DNA from: Callorhinchus milii | Lineage: Eukaryota | Assembly: GCF_018977255.1 (NCBI RefSeq) | Contig: NW_024704743.1 | Span: 62,374,001 to 62,438,000 of the forward strand | DNA length: 64,000 bases | Direction: 5' to 3' | Part shown: positions 26,371-36,710 of the stretch, piece after piece | How the letters are laid out: each line of letters opens with the position of its first letter | Position numbering within the stretch: position 1 is the stretch's first letter | Notes under the pieces: generated by a model | The model's database searches: none | What the model saw: the letters and a program-made list of their open reading frames with translations, nothing else | Told to the model about the DNA's origin: nothing | Position numbers and translations under genes: made by a program

Positions 26371-26478
26371 TAAAAATAAAAACAGATAGAGCAGGGAAAA
26401 GTCAGCAAGTCAGGCAGCATCTATGGAGAAAGGAAAGTGAGTCAACGTTTCGGGTCCACGACCCTTCGACAAAACTTT
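26371..26478 (-). mobile_element. Penelope-like element terminal fragment with decayed hammerhead motif
   Basis: AAAACAGA...AGTCAGGCAGCATCTATGGAGA...GTCAACGTTTCGGGTCCACGACCCTTCG resembles a common shark Penelope end (from memory). Confidence 0.65.
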
Positions 26479-26599
26479 GTCAGTTTCTTTTTATTACCTC
26501 CGTTATCCACTACTGTTTGTGGGACCCTGCTGTGTACAATTGACTGCCCACAAAATTTACATTCAATTCACTTTACAGTATATTCTGTGAAGGACTCCT

Positions 26600-26700
26600 G
26601 ATCCCAACCTCCAGCTTGGTGCGGATCCCTTTCTGTCCAGTGTCTTGGGATGTCCTCCTAATGTGAAAGGCGCTATACAAATGTAATTTGTTGTTGTTGT
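26600..26700 (+). mobile_element. L2 3' tail
   Basis: CTGTCCAGTGTCTTGGGATGTCCTCC..TGTGAAAGGCGCTATACAAATGTAATT(TTG)n. Confidence 0.8.
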
Positions 26701-28934
26701 CGGAAGTATGGCTGATATCGTTATTTTAAATCTGTGGACAAGCTTTTACCTTTGACAGCATAAATATTAGCTGGTTTTATATTATGTTCTTTGTCAAAAT
26801 ATACCGAGTTGTAATATTGACTCATACTTGATAACACAGAATTTAAATTTAAAACAAAAGCAAACCATTCTAAGATAATTTTTTAACAACAATACATGTA
26901 CTTTATTATATTGAGTATACGTTAGAAATTGTAAAGATTCAAAACTGTTCTGCTTTACTAGAAGGCACTTCTCCAGAGTTACGATTTTGGCACTCAAAGA
27001 GAAGACTAAAGAAATCATCCAAAATATATACAATTAGGATAGGTTCCGCTCACCTATTTGCTGCCCACTTTGCTCAGCTGGTGTGGGCTTTCTGCACGTC
27101 CCTCGAGCCCTCCGCTACACCATCGGCAAACATGCTTTCAGTCGCTATACCCTACACTATACCCCAATCACTTCCTGCCTGAATCCCCATTTTGCTCCCA
27201 TTTTCAGATAACACCTGAAGACTTTCCTCTTCAACCCTAACTACGGTGACATCCCTTTATTCCCCAGCTCAGCATCAAACTACTGTACTCCATTATTAAA
27301 CTGTCCAAGTCGCTACCCAATGTGACAGGCACTATCTAAATGCAAGTTGATGTTGTTCTCCCAAACCCTTCAGAGGTCCGAGATATACGAGATTCCTGCT
27401 GTATAACACTGAGGATGGGTGATTGGAGAGCTCTCAGCTGTAACTGATATATTGATCCAAAGGTACTGATGCTGACAAGAATGGCCTGGATTTCTCAGCC
27501 CTGCATCTATTGCTTGGGACGTCCTCCCGACGTGAAAGGCGCTCTATAAATGGAATCTTGTTGTTGTTGTTGTTGCTGCAGAAGCAGGAAGTAGAAAAGG
27601 GATCAGGTAAATTCTCCTTTTTCTAAAGAGGATGGGGAGGTTGTAGCGTGGCTTATAGGCATAAGAGAATCTCAGTATTTGATGGAGATAAATGCTGGAG
27701 TGCAGGACAGTATCATTTAGGATATGGAAGGCACAATTCCACAGCCTTGTCTCAATATAGGGCTTTTTTTAATGTAAGCACAGTTACACACACCTAACCC
27801 TGCCCACTTCCCCAAAGTATGGAGAAATGGAAACTCACGGTATTTTAAATATATTCATTCCTATTGACAGCAGCACAGAAAAAAGACATGACTGCTGTTT
27901 TAACCTCAGTTTTCTTGCAGATTGTGAAAATCTCATTTTTGTTGGCAAGCAATTTCAGATTTTACAATATGTCACAAGTTTGTTGCATTGCAGAGCATTG
28001 ATTTGTCTCAGGCAAACCTGTGAGAAAAACTTTCAAATACTTTTGAAAATGTGCATCTATTTGTATGATTTCCTGAACTATTAAATTATCGAGTGACTCA
28101 TGCAATGAATCACAAAGAAAGAGATAGATGCTCAGAATGACTCACGTCTTTAGAGAATTAATTTACCTTTTCCATTCCACCTCACTGAAAATCCACCAGA
28201 ATGCTGCAAGCATCAAGCTATCAGTCGCTCATAATGATCAAGTTATGTACCCTATGCATAATTTGTAAGGACTAATAAAGTTAGGTTTCATTCCCAAACA
28301 AAAACGTGGATATATTTTGGAGGGTGGGGGGGTGTGGGGGGGAGTTCAAAGTAAAAAAAAAATTCTGACAATACAGGAGAAAAAAATCAAGGCTGGTAAA
28401 ATTTAACACAAAAAAGATGAACTCAATGAAAATCAGGATTTAATTTGTTCAATGTGATCCATGTGGATTCCTGGAACCGGTTTACTTGGACTATACTTCA
28501 GCGCTCTGAGATGCTACCTACCCCACATGAAGAGCACTATATAAAGTTGTTATTGTTGATAATACATTAACACGTATTCCCATTGTGCAGCAAGTTGAAT
28601 CTCGGAATCTGTTCTCACCGTCACAGGTGCCAGAAAAGTGGGTTTTACATATTAAATTGAGGTGAAAATCTGAATAAAATTATGATTTTTTTTATCAGTG
28701 ACACTCGGCAAACAAAACTTCTTTACTGGTCCTTAATAATTTGAGACAAAATTCTGAACAAAATACTTGTAAATGAACAATGAACGGACAGTAAGAATAA
28801 CAACAAGGTAATTCAGCGCTTCCACGAATAATGATAATTTAACAAAATCAGAAGTCCATCTTAAAATATTTATAAACACACAAGCAGAATACTGAAAATA
28901 TTCAACTGAAGTACAAAAGAATGCTTTGCTATAA

Positions 28935-29231
28935 ATAATAATAACCCTTGCATTTGATAACGCCTTATCACATTGTTGAGATGTCTCAAAATGCTTCACA
29001 AAATATATTATAAAGTGAATTGACTGTATTTTGTGGGGGAAACACAGCAGCCAATTGTGCACAGCAGTGTCCTACAAACAGTGATTGAGTGACAAAATTA
29101 TACATTTTTTCTGGAGGAGGAATTATTACCCCCAGAAAGTGATCTGCCAATCAACTAACGACCGGGTTCCTACTTACTGTTAGGTAAACAGAGACTTGTG
29201 GAGTAAGAAAATGTGCCTAAGATTTTGCCCC
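28935..29231 (-). mobile_element. tRNA-derived SINE, long subfamily, headless
   Basis: Collinear with 11580-11880. Confidence 0.88.
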
Positions 29232-31526
29232 GATTTCTTTTGCTTGCATTTTCATCAACAGATTTACAAAAAAACATACTGTATTGACATTTCTGAAACT
29301 ATGTAATTGTTGGCCTTATATGTGTTGTCATATTACATGTAATAAACATTTTCAAGATCTTATTCCCCACTATCAGGCGCTTTCCACAGACCACTAACAA
29401 TTCATGCTCTCAATTGCACTACATTGTTAGTAATTTATACAACAAACTGCTGAACTACATCACCCCAGCTTTAGTTCTGTTGTGCTCTGTTTTTCTATGT
29501 GTTAAAATGCCTTTGGCAAGCTTTTATGTTTACGAAGATAAGTAACTGTCCAACTGGTATCTTAAAAAGCGGATGAGGAAAAATATATCTGTGCTGCAAC
29601 TACTGCTGGTAATGAAGTTTTGACACTATAATAAAAAAACATTTCACAACACACTGAACATTGCAAATGTTTCCAGAAGGATTACAATGCATTATATATA
29701 CATATCAAATGGACATCTCTCACTTATACAATATATGCCATTGGGCTAGTTAATTTAAAAACACAAAAATGTGTCAACAGGCAAGTTTACACCTCTTATT
29801 AAAATCCATCTGCTATAAAACAATATAAATCATATCTAACATTTCTTTAACTACTTTAACTAAGTTAATATTATCCATTTCTTGTAGATTTATTAAACAA
29901 ACATGTGCAAATTAAATCCTGAATTTTGAACATGACGAAGTAAGAAAACATTGGAGTTGATACTTACAGTTAGTTACATGACAACGACATATTACAAAAA
30001 CAAACAAGAAATTAAAATGATTTTCTATGTAACGCTATTAAATTGATTTGAGTTAGTAACGATTTGACTATCTTGAGCCACTGCCTGCAGCTTTGACAAT
30101 GAAGAGACAGTTTATAAAGCCAAATAATTCACAGCTGCTATGTGTGCCCATCACAAACCTTTCTCAAGTGCTGTATAAGCCATCTAAAAATGATGCCTTT
30201 AGGGCAGATCTTACTGAGAAATGGAATGCCTCCTGAGGAACAAAACGTCAAAGAGATAAACTTGTGTTTAAAAGGCATTTAAGTGAGGCATTTGATTCTA
30301 ATCTGATTGACAGACAAGTCAATCATCTATGTGATGAAGTTATTATCTGCTAATCTTCAAATTACTGATGGTAAACAGCTCAAAAACTGCTTGTGATGTT
30401 TGCCCTGTTATATACAGACAGATGTATAATAATAAACAAAATCAATATACTACCATGCATTGAAAGCTTCGAATTGCAAATTCTTTCTGCAAAATAATTG
30501 AATCGTATCGCTTCAAAGCATTCAATCATACAACAATACTGCCAGAATATTTAAAGAACTGTTTTCTTCTACTATTGTGCTGCTAAGCTGATTGCTTCCA
30601 GAAAGAGCGTTGTATAGGGGGAGGGTGAATAACTGAAAACATAAGTAAATTGTTACTGACTGCAAAATAGAAAGCCCTTGAAAACGAATTTTAAGAATGT
30701 GTTGTGTTATTTTGAAAACACATTTTTAAAATATTTTTGGAAATAACACAACTGTTTTTGCAACTGTCAATTCGTGACAAACTGCATATATAGTATGGAG
30801 AATGGCGTATATGGTTATCTAACACTATTCCTTCCATTTCTAATGATATGGGATAAAACCTCACACCTCAATACTTTCACATAAACAAGCCCTTTTGCTG
30901 CACTGTTAATTTACAGATGACATTTTAAACAAAGTTCCCAAGGAAAACAAAGTGAAATGTAGCTGCAGAATTATTTGGCAAAGGCAGGGGAAATGTATCA
31001 TCCAACTAGTAAAGCAAACTGGGTTATAATCCCCTCACTTCAAACATTCAACACATCAAATCACAAACTGTTTTTGCTTTGATTATTTCGAATGCATAAC
31101 ATTTGCAAACTGTATTCCTAACCAGGAACGTAGGAAAACAGGAACAGCAAGAAAACATTCAGCCCACTGAGCTGACCCACTAAACACTAAGAACACTGTA
31201 ACAGCTGCTAATATTATTAATTACTGCACAACATATCTTCACAGTAGTATTGTGTTGTTACCAAGTCACCAGTATGCTTGTATCCCATTAAACACAAATA
31301 CACCCTCTATACGATGTCTTGTTTATACTCAAATAAAAAGATAGTCAGCACTGTGGCTCAATTTACTGAACAATGTCATTTGCTTTAATTGCATGACAAA
31401 GTGCATTTTGAACAACACTATCAATTCCTCTTGAAACCTGGATTTCGTTCTTTTTTAATGATATTTTTTTTTGCCTGGAAAATCCCAGTTGGATGGGATT
31501 TGCATGCATTTGCAGTCCTGTGTTGA

Positions 31527-31546
31527 GCAGCGCCCCCCAGTCGTCA
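31527..31546 (-). promoter_or_regulatory. Candidate CTCF site
   Basis: Minus strand TGACGACTGGGGGGCGCTGC resembles the CTCF core TGGCCACCAGGGGGCGCTA; lies in repeat-poor DNA. Confidence 0.4.
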
Positions 31547-32394
31547 GTCACTTGTATATTTCAGTTCGTTCCTAATGCCCCCAAACTATCTGATGTGCTT
31601 TCTCCATAATCTTCAAGAACGCCTTAATTGATCTGCTGCGTTTAAAGTTAATAAGCTATTAAAATGAATTAAAAACACATGCTAATTTTTTTTAAAAAAG
31701 AAAAGGGGGGGCGCTGTGAGTCACATCTCCCCAACACTTTAACGCAAGACATCAGCATTAACCTTCAGACTGGAGAAATAATTGCTCTCAATGGCTTAAT
31801 CGTGGTGCTGATGTTTACCGGTTACATTGCACACGTTGCACAAAGCACCAGTGATCTCCAGAAGCTCTCTCTATCTCTCTATCTCGTTGTCTCTTATCTC
31901 TGCAAAGTATTTCACTTGACCCAGGAAAGGTCGCGTCCAGATTTAACCCTGATATAAGGTAGGAATGTAAAAGGGGGGGTTAACCCCCCCCCCCACCCAC
32001 CCCCAGTCACTCTCAAGAACAGGTCTCTGAGATTGTCAGCATCATTTAAAGACTGACCCTCTTAAACTTCACAATAAGGTCATTGCAATTAAGATCCTTC
32101 CTTCCCTTGTATAGACCATCTCTTAGTCACATAGTTGGACTGGAAAATGGGAGAGGGATAAGAAAAAAATAAAACAAATACTGCACAGGGGTGGGTGGCT
32201 TTCCCTGTCCTTCTGTGTTTCCCATCCAGTAAAAGCTAAGTCTGATTCTGGTCTCCTCACTGCCAGCAATGCTCTCACCTCAAAGTAGCCCCAAAGTGAA
32301 CACTGAATTCCAGTGCAAACAGAAAACAGTTATTTGCATTAAGATGCCCTGATAATAATAATGCTACTACTAATAATAATACTACTACTACTAC

Positions 32395-32472
32395 TAATAA
32401 TAATCCTTGCATTTGATATAGCGCTTTTCACGTCGGGAGGACGTCCCAAAGCGCTTCACAGAACACACTGTA
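32395..32472 (-). mobile_element. SINE 3' tail fragment
   Basis: TAATAATCCTTGCATTTGATATAGCGCTTTTCACGTCGGGAGGACGTCCCAAAGCGCTTCACAG. Confidence 0.85.
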
Positions 32473-32542
32473 ATGTCTATCGATGATCCCACCTCACAAA
32501 ATACAGGGACTAACACTGGCACAGCAGCAACATTCACCGTGT

Positions 32543-32900
32543 GCTGCTGCCTGCCTCCCTCCCTGCCTGCTGCCTCCCTCCCTGCCTGCCTGCCTCCCTC
32601 CCTGCCTGCTGCCTGCCTTTGCCTCCCTGCCTGCTGCCTCCCTCCCTGCCTGCCTTTGCCTCCCTGCCTGCTGCCTCCCTCCCTGCCTGCTGCCTCCCTC
32701 CCTGCCTGCTGCCTCCCTCCCTGCCTGCTGCCTCCCTCCCTGCCTGCTGCCTGCCTGCCTGCCTCCCTCCCTCCCTGCCTGCTGCCTGCCTGCCTCCCTC
32801 CCTGCCTGCTGCCTCCCTCCCTCCCTGCCTGCTGCCTGCCTGCCTGCTGCCTCCCTCCCTGCCTGCTGCCTCCCTCCCTGCCTGCTGCCTGCCTGCTGCC
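32543..32900. repeat. Compound CCTG/CCCT/GCT minisatellite
   Basis: About 360 bp of CTGCCTCCCTCC-type units with essentially no A on the plus strand; explains the overlapping low-complexity ORFs. Confidence 0.97.
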
Positions 32901-33017
32901 CGGGGCTGTGAGCAGATTGCACGGTCCAGCAGGACAGTGGTTGCAAGGGAAAGGGAAAGGGACCCGGCGGGTCAAGCCATCTCCCCCCTAAACAGACATG
33001 AACCACACAGCACTTAC

Positions 33018-33074
33018 CCGGCGAACTGTCCAGTTATCCAACAGCATCTATGAGGACGGCGGCGAGAGCCCGAC
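33018..33074 (-). other. 57-nt probable 5' UTR exon of a large minus-strand gene (sema5a by synteny inference only)
   Basis: Minus strand: branch/tract/acceptor GCTAACTTTTTCCCTCTGCAG|GTCGGG...TTCGCCGG|GTAAGT donor. Gene identity rests on the nearby divergent SNORD123-like RNAs, not on coding sequence. Confidence 0.65.
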
Positions 33075-33134
33075 CTGCAGAGGGAAAAAGTTAGCGCAGA
33101 GTTTGCAGCAGTTGCGCTGTGTGAGCCTCCGCTC

Positions 33135-33171
<37 letters not shown>

Positions 33172-33175
33172 TGTG
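33135..33175. repeat. (CT)n(GT)n microsatellite
   Basis: Directly visible compound dinucleotide tract. Confidence 0.97.
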
Positions 33176-33423
33176 CACTTCACTGACACACTCCCCCTCT
33201 CCTCTCTCTCCCTCTCTCTCTCTCTCTCCTGTCAGTCTCCCTGTGTTTGTGGGAGGGAGGGAGGGAGGGAGGGCGCTGCACGGTTGCAGTGGTACAGTCA
33301 CGGCGGAGGGACGGCTGCACTCTCGCAGCAATCACACTCGCACTGTCACAGCAAACACGCGCCGCTCGCAGGTACCACCAGAGCAACACACCGCTTCGCT
33401 ACTGCCCCCCGAATAAAGCTCAC

Positions 33424-33560
33424 CTCGTGAGATTGCACCGAGGCTCACAGCTGCACACAACTTGCCCCACACACTCACTTCTCCCCACTGCCAAACTTGG
33501 GAATGTCCCCTGTTAGCACAGCTTTGGCACATTCCGGCACAGTTTGCAGTCGCTGAGACG
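33424..33560 (-). other. Candidate first exon of the minus-strand gene (5' boundary unknown)
   Basis: Minus-strand donors GAG|GTGAGC (exon end 33424) and GAA|GTGAGT (exon end 33479) upstream of the 33074 acceptor, inside the CpG-rich segment. Confidence 0.4.
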
Positions 33561-34774
33561 TGGCATAACTCAACCAACTCAGCGCACTTTATCTACAGGT
33601 ACACACCGAGTGACTTAAATAACGTGCATCAAAAGTATGAAACCCATTGCATATCTCTTTTAAATGTGTTTTTATCAACTTCTTTTGCCTGCAGGTAGTT
33701 GAACCGTCAGCTTATTCGTCAATATCAGTTCTGTCCTCTCCTGGAACATCTGGAAGGCTTTATTCAGCACAAGTTAAACTTTTCACTTACATTTCTTCGC
33801 GTGTTTCATTTTCAGATAGTCCATCAACGATTATTTGTGCGAGATGTTATTCTAATCATTGCACTGAATATTTTTTACACGGCTGTATTTCCATTGGCAT
33901 TAAAATATCAATTTCTAAAACAATAATTAGAACCAGATGATGTGCTCCAAAGCTTTTTGAACATTTTACAAACGCTTTTATTCTAACATATTTCAATATA
34001 ACGTTTCTCTCTGTAGCTAACTTTCTCGTTCTAAATCTTTTACCTCTATTATATTTTTACAAACGACACCCTTTTCAATAAACTCTAGAAATGCTGATCA
34101 TGTTGTATTCTTCTGGTTCTGAATTTGTTTTTACCTTTCAAAAATCTTTTCAAGCACTTGCAAACTATTTTCCCCCTAAACGTTACACAAGCTCAATTTT
34201 ATTTCTGAACTTTTCCTTGTATGAATTTGTGCTGTACATTTAAATCCTTTTGTTGGATGCCAAATGAGTACGTTTTCCTTTTTATTTTCCAATTCAGAAA
34301 ACTAGTTGAGCTAACAAGTGAGCTTACATTTTACAACATCCAGCAAATTTGCATCAGATACTAGAATACGACTTTAATTCTTGCTAAACCAACAAATTTG
34401 CTTGAGTGGCTGATTTTTGGTGATAATTTAACTTTTTTTGTTTTATGTGGCTTCCTCTCCAGGCCACTAAGGACCCAAAAATGGGTGCAATGCGCAGATC
34501 ACCCACCACCGTGACACTGACTCCAAAGCATTTGCCTTTAGTAAGCTCTTTACAAACATAAATTCAGTTGGCATTATAAAAATATTAATAATAATCCTTG
34601 CATAATCCTTGCTATAGTGCCTTTCACTATGAGAAAGCGCCACATGGGATATACTGTAAAATGTTGTGACTCCATGCGTTCGGTCACTTTTTAAAAAAAT
34701 AACTGAGGATCTTTTTTAGATGCAATACAGCTGGTTGAGTTTGTTGACTCACTTTTATATTTGCTGTTTTTTGA

Positions 34775-35250
34775 TCAGCCAGATGTCTAACATATGAGGG
34801 AACCCATCCCCATGCTTAAGAGTATCCAAACTAAGCTGAGAATTCCATGCATCCCACCAAACACATGAAAATCCCAGAGATAAATTGTTGGAATGGAATG
34901 TACACTCTCTCCCTGGATGGACTTATCCTGCTTACCTAATTCTGGAAAGGATTTGACACAGGTTGGCAAGAGCCAAGGCTTGGGGATCCCAGAGTTTGCG
35001 TTGGGGTAACTGCTGGAGTCTAACCAGCTGTATAGTTTGCTATTGAGCGCATGCCTGGCAAGCTTTCCCACTGCTTGTCCTGCTAGGATCACCCTACCCA
35101 TTAGGGCTTTAGCTTGCAGGGTTAACGGGAGCTGAGTGAGAACAACCCTGACCGGTCTGCTCTTCCAAGTTCTGCCGATGAGCCAGGCTGGCTGGGCTGT
35201 CATCAGTAGTGCCCTGGAATACTGCGGACCTGCCTGGCTCAGGAACTGGA
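34775..35250. repeat. Family B repeat, inverted relative to 9270-9760
   Basis: GCTTAAGAGTATCCAAAC...AAGAGCCAAGGCTTGGGG...CTGGCTCAGGAA is the reverse complement of family B. Confidence 0.85.
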
Positions 35251-35344
35251 TAACAGAGACCACCACAGAGTGTGGGCTTGATTCTGATATTCCATTGCCA
35301 AACATGTCACCTTGGAGTCAGTTCCTGGAGGTGGTCCTAGGTGT

Positions 35345-35635
35345 ACAAATAGTGGGATGGTTGCCAGATAGTGCTCTCAATGGGAAGCTCGGTGGTTTTA
35401 GCTGTTGGAACACCTGCGGTACCCCAATGCACACTCTCTAAGAGTTCACATTCCTTGGCTCACTGATCTATGCCAAATACACTCTGGAAGTAGGTAAGCA
35501 GGATGTGTTTCTCCAGAGGGAGATAGTATACATTCTATTCCATAGGTGGCATTCATATGTGAAATTCTCAGTTTGGTTTAGGTACTCTTGACACGCTGAT
35601 GGAGTTCCGCATGTGTCAGATACCCAGCTGATCAA
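35345..35635. repeat. Family B repeat, partial, forward
   Basis: TTGCCAGATAGTGCTCTCAATGG...GGTAAGCAGGATGTG...CCCAGCTGA. Confidence 0.75.
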
Positions 35636-36504
35636 ATATCTTGACAATCCTTCTATCTCAGTCTCTGTCTCTCTCTCTCTCTCTCTCTCTGCCATGCAAT
35701 CTCTAATAATAAAAATAATAATAATATTATTATTTTATTATTAATCTCTCTTTCTCTGTCAAACTTTTTTGTCTCTTTCTGTGGTTTCCTCTATCTTCAA
35801 GTCTCTGCTGTACAAAGTATCAAAGGGTTATTGTTGAGCTTTAGTACAAATTCAATCATACACCACTGAAAACAATTGCTTAATTTAGATTTGTTTTAGA
35901 TAAAATTCAGGAGAAAATCCACCAAAAAGGGTATTTATCTATGAAAATCAATTAAAATGATTTAGTGGTCTTTATAGGGAATAATGAAGGCATTCTCAGC
36001 ACCAAGTTATAATTTCCTTCAGAGTAGAAATAAATATACTAATTTATTAACTCTCTGGAAAGACTATTTTTTGTACTTTCTTACAATGCATCAGGAAGCC
36101 ACCAGTCTGCACCAGTCTATATAATTACATGAATATATAACATCACGATAAAACCTAGCCACCATTTTGCAATCTTAAATAACGAGACAAAATGGTTTTT
36201 CAGGCTAAGTTTATGGTACTGATCCTGTTCATCGTGTTCAGGTCTCAGACACCTACAATGCAGGACCTGAACAGACATGATTTCCCTTCTATCTTTTCAT
36301 AAGTCTGTTTAGCTGAGGAGAGGCAATGGCTATAAGTCATGTTCAGCACAGTGACATTGGATGTGAAAAACATCGAGATTTGGAATACAATATAAATGAC
36401 ATGGACTCATTGAAATAAATATCCTTCCTGAGGTAAGAATTACCTAATCCAGAAAGCACAGCCTTTGTCATGTGATTGCACTATGAGAATAGCTAAACAA
36501 TAAT

Positions 36505-36710
36505 AATAACAACCACTTGCATTTATATAGTGCCCCTCAAACAGAGTAGCATCCCAGAGCACTAGACAATGGTGGAGGACGAGGCTGAGCCAGGAGGAGG
36601 GGGGAAATTGACCGTAGACACGGTCCAAGAGGAAGGTTTTCATGTGCGACCTGAAGATGAGGAATGATGGGATTGAGGGAGAATGTTCCAGAGTTTTGGG
36701 GCTTTACCCA
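36505..36710 (-). mobile_element. Old L2 3' fragment
   Basis: CTTGCATTTATATAGTGCC tail; minus translation MKTFLLDRVY. Confidence 0.7.

Larger units (their letters stand above)
32900..33600. promoter_or_regulatory. CpG-rich promoter-like region, probably bidirectional
   Basis: The clearest dense non-repeat CpG/GC-rich segment in the window, with (CT)n(GT)n and GGGA tracts and strong minus-strand splice signals. Confidence 0.75.

Noticed and set aside
32394..33053. Overlapping 140-190 aa ORFs on both strands
   Set aside because: Produced by a stop-free minisatellite; low-complexity translations with no coding signature
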